Shown here: in pieces, positions 10,337 through 18,249 of the stretch
Numbering within the stretch: the stretch's first letter is position 1
Layout of the letters: every line of letters begins with the position of its first letter
Assembly (NCBI GenBank): GCA_963666985.2
Contig: CAXXIA010000002.1
Location: forward strand, 1,920,001 to 1,984,000
DNA from: Spirochaetia bacterium
GTDB lineage: Bacteria > Spirochaetota > Spirochaetia > DSM-2461
Reading direction: 5' to 3'
Length of the DNA: 64,000 bases
The notes under the pieces: generated by a model
Told to the model about the DNA's origin: nothing
Databases searched by the model: none
The model's input: the letters and a program-made list of their open reading frames with translations, nothing else
Made by a program: the position numbers and the translations under genes

Positions 10337-10542
10337 AACAGCTGTTGATGCGCTCCGGCGTCAACTAGCGTTGCCGCCTCCGGGCCTACGGCCAAATTTC
10401 GCTTTGGACATGGCTCTTGCAGATGCAGACTCAGAAGTGATGTGATACAGTCAAAGGCGAACAAAGCATTGCTGAAGCCGTTGCAAGAGCGCATGCCAAC
10501 CGGCTTTGCCGGACGCGAAACTTCGCATAACAGCGGGCCGTT
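10337..10542 (+). repeat. attC-like repeat R7 (subtype A2)
   Basis: Conserved ends and internal stems. Confidence 0.9.
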
Positions 10543-10682
10543 TTGTGCATTTCGAGAATTCTCATAGACGGAATATTTTAGATTTCTCCAATAAGATCTT
10601 TATTGTTTATCAAATCCCCTCAGCTTGACATTTATAGTATGACGTTTAAATGTAGACGCATTAACAAACACAGGAGAATTCT

Positions 10683-12056
10683 GTGAACGGATTCATCATA
10701 TTATTGATTCTTTACGCAATCTTAGGGACTGTAATCAGTATCTTCGTTATGCGGCGAAAGCCATCTCAAGAAGATTACTTTATTGGGGGACGGGCCGTTG
10801 GATGGATCGTCTCGGCGCTCACCTACGCCGCTACAACATACTCGGCTTTTATGATGGTTGGCCTTGTCGGTCTATCATATAACACAGGCATTGGCGCCTT
10901 CATTTTTGAGACAGTCTATCTTCTTGCCACTTTGATCTTATTGTCAGTTTACGGGCAAAAGATTTGGACGATGGGAAAAGAAAAAGGCATGGTCTCACCG
11001 ATGGAGCTTTTTACAAACCGCTATGGACCTATTACCGGCGGAGTTGGAGCGATAATCGCTTTTATTGCGCTTATTCCTTATACGTCGGTGCAAGTGATAG
11101 GACTTGCCCTTATTCTCCAGAACTATGGCATAACCTTCAATCAAGGAATCATCATTGCCGTCGGCATTATTGCAGTCTGGACATTTCTTGGAGGTCTACG
11201 AGGCGTTGTGTTAACAGATGCTATTCAGGGATTTCTGATGATGGCCATAGCCATTGCAGCGGTTATCTGGACGGGAAGTCGGTATAAAGGGGTTGAACTT
11301 TCGACGTTCCCGAACAATGTTTGGACACCAATATTCTTTATCAATCTGACTCTCCCCTGGGCGTTTTTTGCTCTCACGAATCCGCAAGTGGTTCAAAGGC
11401 TTTTCATCATTAAGGACAAGCGTGACTTTCGGAAGATGCTCATTCTTTTTGGTGTGTTTGGCCTGGTTTTTACTACAATCGTAACGGCAATTGGAGTCTC
11501 GGCGAAGTTTGGTACGCTTCAAGGAATCCTCCCGGTAGTCTCCGATCAAGATGGTGTTATTGTTGCAGTGATGTCGCAAATGAGAAATTGGCTGGCAATT
11601 CCTTTAGCCCTGAGCATTATTTTTGCATCAGTATCAACGGCCAACTCAATAATCCTCACGTTATCCTCAATGATGACAAGGGATGTTTTTCGTCAAAAGA
11701 ACAATGTTTGGCTGGGCCGAGGTATCATCATCGGACTCGCAGTATTGGTAGGTCTTTTTTCCTTAACACGCCCAAACTATCTGGTGCAGCTTTCAGTCGC
11801 ATCGTCACGAATCTTGATGTGCTTTCTTCCCCTTATGTTTTCATTGTTTCACGGAAAGCGAGGAGGAGAGGTTACAGGCATTCTAACTCTTGTTGGTGGA
11901 GCAATATCAGCGATTCTTTTCGGTCTGATTGCATCTTCATACAGCTCGCTTCTTACTCTCGGAGCCGTAGTTTTGCTTTATTTAATCGGACTGGCTATTG
12001 AGAATGGATTCTTCTCTTGCAAGATTTTTCATCGGAAATCAAGAACTGAGACATAA
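10683..12056 (+). CDS. Sodium:solute symporter family transporter (PutP/PanF-like); cassette gene
   Basis: DYFIGGR, ATTYSA, GGLRGVVLTDAIQG, PQVVQR motifs; many TM helices; AGGAG RBS. Confidence 0.9.
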   Translation: MNGFIILLILYAILGTVISIFVMRRKPSQEDYFIGGRAVGWIVSALTYAATTYSAFMMVGLVGLSYNTGIGAFIFETVYLLATLILLSVYGQKIWTMGKEKGMVSPMELFTNRYGPITGGVGAIIAFIALIPYTSVQVIGLALILQNYGITFNQGIIIAVGIIAVWTFLGGLRGVVLTDAIQGFLMMAIAIAAVIWTGSRYKGVELSTFPNNVWTPIFFINLTLPWAFFALTNPQVVQRLFIIKDKRDFRKMLILFGVFGLVFTTIVTAIGVSAKFGTLQGILPVVSDQDGVIVAVMSQMRNWLAIPLALSIIFASVSTANSIILTLSSMMTRDVFRQKNNVWLGRGIIIGLAVLVGLFSLTRPNYLVQLSVASSRILMCFLPLMFSLFHGKRGGEVTGILTLVGGAISAILFGLIASSYSSLLTLGAVVLLYLIGLAIENGFFSCKIFHRKSRTET

Positions 12057-12116
12057 ACATGTGATTAGTTTGAATGGCCAAGACGGCGAATCATTTTGAA
12101 TAATAGAAATGCACAA

Positions 12117-12313
12117 AACAGCTGTTGATGCGCTTCGGCGGTAACGAGGTTACCGCCTCCGGGGCTTCGCCCAAATTTGCCTCTGTCACAGATTTTGCAT
12201 ATGTCTACCGCTGTGGTAATATAAATTGTAGTTATCGTTTGAGGTTGTGAAGAATCGCAAAATCTTCGCCAGTCGCTTCGCGAATGGCAAACTTCGCATA
12301 CCAGCAGAACGTT
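12117..12313 (+). repeat. attC-like repeat R8 (subtype A1)
   Basis: Conserved ends; AGAAC spacer. Confidence 0.9.
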
Positions 12314-12484
12314 TTACGAAAAACCTATAGAAACTTAATGTATAAAAATACCGTCATATACGTGAAATGAAAATTCATTGTCTTATCGGTCAATAACGCA
12401 TTAGATAACAAGTCATAGTAAGCATACTGTTAGTAAATACACATATAAGATTACTGTAAAAATAGAATAGGCAACTATCACCAT

Positions 12485-13198
12485 CTATATGTTTATTTTT
12501 GTTTCTAATATGGTATGGTCACTATAATTTTTAACCTTCCCATAATTCCAAGAAAATGTTTTTTCAACTGCAATTGATAGATCCTTGCTGACAAATATAT
12601 GATCATCTTGATAGTGATTTTCCTCTGACATATTGGCACCAAAAAAAGTCTGTGAATAAACGGGACAACACTCGTGAAAATGTAAACCAATTTTGTCAAA
12701 AATGTCACTAAAGAATCCATTTACCATAACCGTGTCAGCGTTGAAGTCTCCACCAATGATGAACCTACTTTTCGAACTAAGAACCGTTGCATTAAAAATG
12801 CTCTCAATGTGGCTTCTTATTGTATAGATACCGTCAGGAGATGTATTTGTATGTAGACTGCATAAGGTTATAGAAGTGCCATTATTGCTTTCGAATTCAA
12901 CGAAAACTTGTTTCCCTTTGTGTTTTTCAGAATCGATATATTTATCTGTAACATCCGAAATTGAGCCCGTTTTCAATATATTTTCACTAAAATATAAGCA
13001 TGTACCCCATTTTGGTAGCTCAGTTGTTTTGCAAGTCTCACTTTCATGAAAAATCGCCATTTCAGTAAATCTTTCAGGGACTACGGTTTCCTGAAGAAAT
13101 GCGACATCTGGACATACAGATGATGTTAAATAATCCCAAGCCTGGTCATTAGTTCCATTCTGTTGCCAATAGTTCATATTCCATGTGACAAGTTTCAT
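12485..13198 (-). CDS. Endonuclease/exonuclease/phosphatase (EEP) family protein; cassette gene, inverted
   Basis: TWN, LQE, GGDFN, DHIF, SDH motifs; GAGGAG RBS. Confidence 0.88.
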   Translation of the reverse strand: MKLVTWNMNYWQQNGTNDQAWDYLTSSVCPDVAFLQETVVPERFTEMAIFHESETCKTTELPKWGTCLYFSENILKTGSISDVTDKYIDSEKHKGKQVFVEFESNNGTSITLCSLHTNTSPDGIYTIRSHIESIFNATVLSSKSRFIIGGDFNADTVMVNGFFSDIFDKIGLHFHECCPVYSQTFFGANMSEENHYQDDHIFVSKDLSIAVEKTFSWNYGKVKNYSDHTILETKINI

Positions 13199-13325
13199 TA
13201 AATACTCCTCTTAAGGAGTTTATCATTGCTCATAGAGATTACGAGAATAAATGAGATGATTGAAGAGAAAGGATAAAGATTAAAATCTTTATTAGGGCAG
13301 ATGCGAGTCAATTAGTTTTTCGTAA

Positions 13326-13530
13326 AACAGCTGTTGATGCGCTCCGGCCGCTAAAAGTGTTTATCGGCCTTCGGGGCTCCGCCCAAATTTCGCTTTGGCC
13401 ATGGTTCTTGCAGATGCGTTCCTGGAAGTTGTGTGATAGGCTCAAATGCGAACAGGTTTTCCGTTGAAGTGCAAGAACGCATGCCAACCGGCTACGCCGG
13501 CCGCGAAACTTCGCATACCAGCGGAACGTT
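13326..13530 (+). repeat. attC-like repeat R9 (subtype A2)
   Basis: Conserved ends and internal stems. Confidence 0.9.
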
Positions 13531-13551
13531 ATATGTAATGCCCGATTTTCA

Positions 13552-14891
13552 GTGAGCGACCAGGACATCCTTTACATTTTAGGTCCAGGACATCGTTTAC
13601 ACTAAACAAGTTTAAACGAAGCATTTGAACCCATCAACAGAGGGTATAAATGCAAATGTTTTCCGATCAATTTCTCCTAATCTTAAATTGTCAAACCAGA
13701 CGGTAAAAGTCTCATCTTCATTTTCTCGAAGACCAACTTGGTATCCAACAAAGACATAACTGACGAAAATCCTGTGCCGGTCTATGGTCACCGCCCCACG
13801 ATTATTAATCATTCTCACCTCATATCCGGGTGGATAAATCACCTGTGGAATCTGAGAAGGGAAGGGCCGTTTGGACTTTGTGTAAACACTTCCGGGAGTC
13901 TGCATTTTAAGAGCTTCATGAGGTCGAACACTGTTGAACTGATTTCTCCAGACATCAAAATGCGCCTGATGTTCAGAGAGGTTACCCTGAATCTGTCCCT
14001 GTAATTCCCGTTTGATATCGGCATGCATTCTCTCATGCCCCCCGTTCTCACAAGGTCGTCCCGGAGTGATGCGATCAAGTTCGATTCCCAAGGCCAACCA
14101 CCAAACACTTAAGCGTGTGAGCCCCAGCAGGCCCTTCATGGAGGCAAAGGGAGGTCCGTTGTCGGACCTCATGACTCTGGGCATTCCATAGATGGAAAAG
14201 AGCTTCTCAAACTCGGTTCTAACTTCTTGTGTGTCAGCCTTTTGGAGTGCTTTGATGGTGAAGATGTATTTGGAAAACTCATCCCGAACGGTCAAAGGTT
14301 CACATCGTTCTCCCTCGGGAGTATACCACCATCCTTTGAAGTCCACGGTCCAGATGTCATTCGGCTGCTTGGCTTGAAGACGGCTCTGGATTCGCTGAGA
14401 TTTATTCTGCCGGCGCTTCTTTCGGTGCACCACCAGACCGGCTTTATCCAGGATGCGTTTCACGGTGGTCAGACTTGGACTCTCCTGGTGGGGATGTGTC
14501 TTCTGGTAGATATCGAGGATTTTCTTTGGCCCCCATTTGGTGTGTCGTGATTTGATTCGGACGATGTCGCAGATGACATTCTCCGGTGTCTGGTTAGGGC
14601 AGATACGAGGTTTCCTGGTTCTTTCATTCAGACCGGCGAGCCCTTCCTGAATAAACCGGTTCTTCCATTTAAGGCCTGTTGGCCGGGAGATCCCGTACTC
14701 GGCACAGAGGTCTTTCATACAGACATGGGGATCCATGGCCTTGAGGGCGAACTCGAATTTGACATCCATAATATTGGTCTCCTTCCACGGCATAACCAGC
14801 ACCTCGATAAGGGAAAGTGCTGATCATTTTAGTCCTTGTCGTGTAAAGGATGTCCTGGTACTCTCGTGTAAACGATGTCGTGGACCCGTAC
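13552..14891 (-). mobile_element. IS481-family insertion sequence
   Basis: Both ends carry two copies of CCA(G/C)GACATC(C/G)TTTACA in inverted orientation. Exact termini uncertain; no target duplication seen. Confidence 0.85.
13612..14793 (-). CDS. IS481-family transposase
   Basis: MPWKET start, WTVDFKG, SDNGPPF, NGGHERMH, RPHEAL motifs. Confidence 0.92.
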   Translation of the reverse strand: MPWKETNIMDVKFEFALKAMDPHVCMKDLCAEYGISRPTGLKWKNRFIQEGLAGLNERTRKPRICPNQTPENVICDIVRIKSRHTKWGPKKILDIYQKTHPHQESPSLTTVKRILDKAGLVVHRKKRRQNKSQRIQSRLQAKQPNDIWTVDFKGWWYTPEGERCEPLTVRDEFSKYIFTIKALQKADTQEVRTEFEKLFSIYGMPRVMRSDNGPPFASMKGLLGLTRLSVWWLALGIELDRITPGRPCENGGHERMHADIKRELQGQIQGNLSEHQAHFDVWRNQFNSVRPHEALKMQTPGSVYTKSKRPFPSQIPQVIYPPGYEVRMINNRGAVTIDRHRIFVSYVFVGYQVGLRENEDETFTVWFDNLRLGEIDRKTFAFIPSVDGFKCFV

Positions 14892-15713
14892 CGAATAAAA
14901 AGGGGATTCTTTTTAAGGTGTTTTTTTCTGTGGCAGCCTCATTCCCTTCATTTGAACAAGTAACAGAAACAGAACCCCTTTGAGTGGTCAGATCTTTTTA
15001 ACAGGCCTTCCTTCTCTTTGAACAAAACAGGTCGTTTTGATGCGGCTTTCTCCTCACCCCCTTCGCCTTTGAGATCATCTTCAAGAAAGAAACCAAAAGC
15101 ATCGGAATAAAACTCGCTTCGGGATCAGAAGCACTTAGTGATAAGGCGGTCGGTTCGGGAGAACTTGTGTCGTGAAGGTTTATGGTTTTTAACGATTATG
15201 GGAATCGCTCATGAGAAAATCCTTATCCGTTGATGGTTATCGCTTCGGGAAATGAGGCGCTCATGCTTTGATAGGTTCGCGAGAAAAGGGGTGGTAGCCT
15301 GAGAAGAATGAAGGGATGGAGATGAGAAGAATGGAGATTGTTTTCTCCGTGGTTTTGCCTTTGAGAATAAGGCTGAATGCTTTGGGGAATACCGGTGTAG
15401 AAGGAGAAGACGAACATTCGGATTTACAGAATCCGTCCTGAGAGAAAGAGGTCGGGAAAGGCGAATTGCATCGGATGATGGCCTGAGTAAAGTGATGAGG
15501 CGATGAAAGGGAGAATGGGGGTCAGTATGAGAGAATGGATAGCCATTTCGATGAATGAGTAAAAAGCGGAAGAGGGAAGTCTGTAAAAGGATGAATGAAG
15601 AAAAGATGAGAAGGAGAAGGGCAAGAAGAATCGAAACAAAGGCTCAGGTAAAACGGCGAGGATGGGTGAGGAGAAGGAGATGTCTTTATAGATGCGTCGT
15701 CCGAACTTCCTTT

Positions 15714-15843
15714 AACAGCTGTTGATGCGCGTCGGCCGCTAAAAGTGTTTAGCGGCCTTGGGCCGAGCGAAGGGAAACTATGAGTTTTATGATTTTTAGT
15801 AAAAGGGAAGAAACAAATTGGTTCGGCTCGGCCAAATTTCGCT
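15714..15843 (+). repeat. Truncated/degenerate attC-like repeat R10 (left arm only)
   Basis: AACAGCTGTTGATGCGC..GGCCGCTAAAAGTGTTTAGCGGCC and GGCCAAATTTCGCT are present, with an insertion between them; the CGCATACCAGC..GTT arm is missing. Confidence 0.8.
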
Positions 15844-15998
15844 GATGGTCGGTTTCGTATTGACGAATATTCGTGCTTTCAGTAACTTGCCACAAGTCAA
15901 GGATATACGGGGACTTCCCTGCCTTCTCTAAATCTTCATGAACGGGACTGGATGCGGTTGTGCGTGCAATTGGATTCAGTTTCCGGGGAGTTTTAGTG

Positions 15999-17159
15999 AT
16001 GCGATATAGGGAACCTTTTACAGTGTATCCCCGGCGTTTACCGTCGGGTCGAATCGTCTATTACTACCAGACATATGATGATCAGGATCGGCGGACGGCG
16101 CCTCGGAGTACGGGCAAGACTTCGAAGGGTGCGGCGCGGCGGTTTTGCTATGACTTGATGCGCACCGATTCGCTTATTCCGCTGAAAGGGCAGGAGCAGT
16201 TCTTCGCGGATTATGCGAAGGGCTGGTGGGAATGGGATACTTGCGAGTATCTGGCTTATCGGCGAACGCGGCGGCAGATCAGCCGGAGGTCTGCTTATAC
16301 GGCCCGGGGGAATTTGAAGAATCATATTCTTCCATTCTTTGCTAGGAAGCGTTTGAAGGAAATCACCCGGTACTCGATTGAACGCTGGATTGTCACCTTG
16401 CAGGATAAGGGCCTGAAGAACGCAACGATTAATGTGTGTCTGTCGAATCTTAGCGTCATGCTCGGCTTCGCGGTTCAGAAGGATCTTCTGAAAGACAATC
16501 CTGCGAAGAAGGTCACCCAACTGAAGAACACATCCAGGAGACGAGACATTCTTTCAAGCAAAGAGGTGCAGGAGCTCTTCAACGAGAATTCGATTGAGGA
16601 TCTCTGGGGACAGCGGATGTACTATGTCGCGAACCTCCTGGCGGCCTGTACAGGGATGCGTATCGGTGAGATTGTCGGCGTCCGCGGTTCAAGTCTCAAG
16701 GAGGGGTACATTTTGGTGGATAAGCAATACCGACCGCCCTATGGGCTTATCAATACCAAGACGAACGACATTCGGATCATTCCGCTTCCGGACGTACTGA
16801 TGGACGAGCTCCAATTGCTTCGCGAGAGTGCCAAGGTTGGAGACGGTTATCTCTTTTCGATCACTTCGGGGGAGAAGCCGGTGATGGGACAGACGATCAA
16901 TGAGAAGCTGCGCCGGGCTATGGTGAAGATCGGGATATCCGAAGAGCAGCAGGAGGAGCGGTATATTCCCTTCCACTCCTGGCGGCACTACTTCAACACG
17001 ATCTTGCGTAGCAACAACATCTCCGACGGCAAAGTGCAGAGCCTGACCGGTCACAAGAACAAGGTGATGACAGAGCACTATACCCACTTCAAACCGGAGG
17101 ATTACGCGGACGTAAGAGCTGTGCAGAACAAGATTATATCGTTTTCAAGAGCTGCCTAA
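15999..17159 (+). CDS. Tyrosine recombinase / phage-type integrase (not IntI)
   Basis: TGMRIGE (R), TKT (K), FHSWRH, LTGH, TEHY catalytic set intact. N-terminal arm-like and core-binding domains present; no IntI-type insertion before YLF. Confidence 0.92.
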   Translation: MRYREPFTVYPRRLPSGRIVYYYQTYDDQDRRTAPRSTGKTSKGAARRFCYDLMRTDSLIPLKGQEQFFADYAKGWWEWDTCEYLAYRRTRRQISRRSAYTARGNLKNHILPFFARKRLKEITRYSIERWIVTLQDKGLKNATINVCLSNLSVMLGFAVQKDLLKDNPAKKVTQLKNTSRRRDILSSKEVQELFNENSIEDLWGQRMYYVANLLAACTGMRIGEIVGVRGSSLKEGYILVDKQYRPPYGLINTKTNDIRIIPLPDVLMDELQLLRESAKVGDGYLFSITSGEKPVMGQTINEKLRRAMVKIGISEEQQEERYIPFHSWRHYFNTILRSNNISDGKVQSLTGHKNKVMTEHYTHFKPEDYADVRAVQNKIISFSRAA

Positions 17160-17623
17160 AACCGGGTGTCCGCTCTCGACGGATCCCGACCTGACCGGGG
17201 GCCCAAACCGAACCGGGCCGCCTCCCCGGCTGGGCGGGGGGGAATGGATTTACCCGTTACGCCAAATCTCCCGGCGCCGGCTATCCATTGCGATTTCGAC
17301 TTCAAGGAGTTCTTTTCCCGCCGACCGATACCGGGGATGTTCCGGCGGATAGAGTTCCCAGGTTTTCGGATGGCGGAACCCGTTGCACAGGATGAACCGC
17401 TTCCTTGCCCACAACTCATACAAACCTCTCATTTCATACCCTCCGAATGAGTGAAAAAATCTTCCATTGGGAAGAGAGCCGCCCCTTCCAACGGCTTGAC
17501 TGCCAATTCCTGGTCCCGGGAAGGTTCGGTCAAGGCCGCCGAAGGCGCCCGGAGGGCTCGGCCTTGACGGGTTCTTCCCGGGGCAGGACACTGCAAAAAG
17601 CCGGAGGAAGGAGCTACAACTGT

Positions 17624-17917
17624 ATGGGGTATCAGTTCGAAGAGAAGGAAGCCGAACTTTTTCGACGCATCGATGAGGTTTTATTCTATCTCTGGGATCC
17701 CATCGGAGTATCGACAGACATCAGTCCCAGGGACGAATACCGATCTTATCTTCCCAAGGTCTTCAACCTGGCGAATTCGGAAGGCGCCGAACAAGAACTT
17801 TCAGATTACCTCTACTCTGTTGAAACGAGTGACATCGGCGTACGCGGAAGCCGGCAGCGCTGCGATGAAATTGCCTCTTTGGTGACAAAGCCCGCAAGGA
17901 CATATCGAGAGAGTTAG
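17624..17917 (+). CDS. Small hypothetical protein (WDPIGV...DEY motif)
   Basis: 97 aa after an AGGAG; recognisable conserved-hypothetical motif. Confidence 0.65.
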   Translation: MGYQFEEKEAELFRRIDEVLFYLWDPIGVSTDISPRDEYRSYLPKVFNLANSEGAEQELSDYLYSVETSDIGVRGSRQRCDEIASLVTKPARTYRES

Positions 17918-18051
17918 GGAACTTCCTACCAATACGAAAAACCGATTATCGATACTCTCCCTTCCAAGAGAAGGCAATCCTTGACGTTGCTTTTCGCTTC
18001 GATGCGTCGCCGGAAAGGGCGGACGACTTTCCGGCGGCAAGGAGGTATCCC

Positions 18052-18249
18052 GTGGAAGAACTACTGACAGTGAAAGAGGCGGCGAAGGCCTTGAGACTGA
18101 AGCCGTCGACGATTTATGCGTATGCCGAGAAGGGGATTCTTCCTTGCACGAAGCTGGGGAGTCGGCTGCTGTTCCAGAAGTCGAGGCTTGAGGAATGGGT
18201 GGAGAAGAATTCGCATCCGGGGCAGACGCCGGGACGGTTCGATGGATGA
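18052..18249 (+). CDS. Excisionase-like HTH (HTH_17) DNA-binding protein
   Basis: LLTVKEAAKALRLKPSTIY...LEEWV; AGGAGG RBS. Confidence 0.85.
   Translation: MEELLTVKEAAKALRLKPSTIYAYAEKGILPCTKLGSRLLFQKSRLEEWVEKNSHPGQTPGRFDG

Larger units (their letters stand above)
8308..10348 (+). pseudogene. PIN-like domain protein, C-terminus cut by IS30
   Basis: IVFDTNI motif resembles the PIN N-terminal strand. Removing the IS restores ...EIANLEKEIVKRVSATNSC* ending inside repeat R7. Confidence 0.55.
104..15843 (+). mobile_element. Integron-like gene-cassette array (11 attC-like repeats, 9 intact cassettes); probably continues left of the window
   Basis: Co-oriented ~130-210 bp palindromic repeats starting AAC and ending GTT alternate with single, unrelated, mostly AT-rich genes. 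The sequence after each GTT is the reverse complement of the sequence before the next AAC. Confidence 0.9.

Noticed and set aside
104..13530. Repeats as MITEs/REPs inserted independently between genes
   Set aside because: No target duplications, uniform polarity, and flanks pair across each gene rather than across each repeat.
1180..13568. Short minus-strand ORFs over the repeats (1180-1422, 3659-3886, 6053-6283, 8036-8308, 10213-10494, 13308-13568)
   Set aside because: They are translations of the palindromic repeats in inconsistent frames; their similarity comes from the DNA repeat.
15223..15639. Phe/Ser-rich minus-strand ORFs
   Set aside because: By-products of the purine-skewed low-complexity tract; no RBS or motif.
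104..15843. CRISPR array interpretation of the repeats
   Set aside because: Repeats are 130-208 bp and variable, intervals are gene-sized, and no cas genes are visible.
15999..17159. Calling the recombinase intI or xerC/xerD
   Set aside because: It lacks the IntI insertion and Xer-type box II, and has a phage-integrase-style N-terminal extension.
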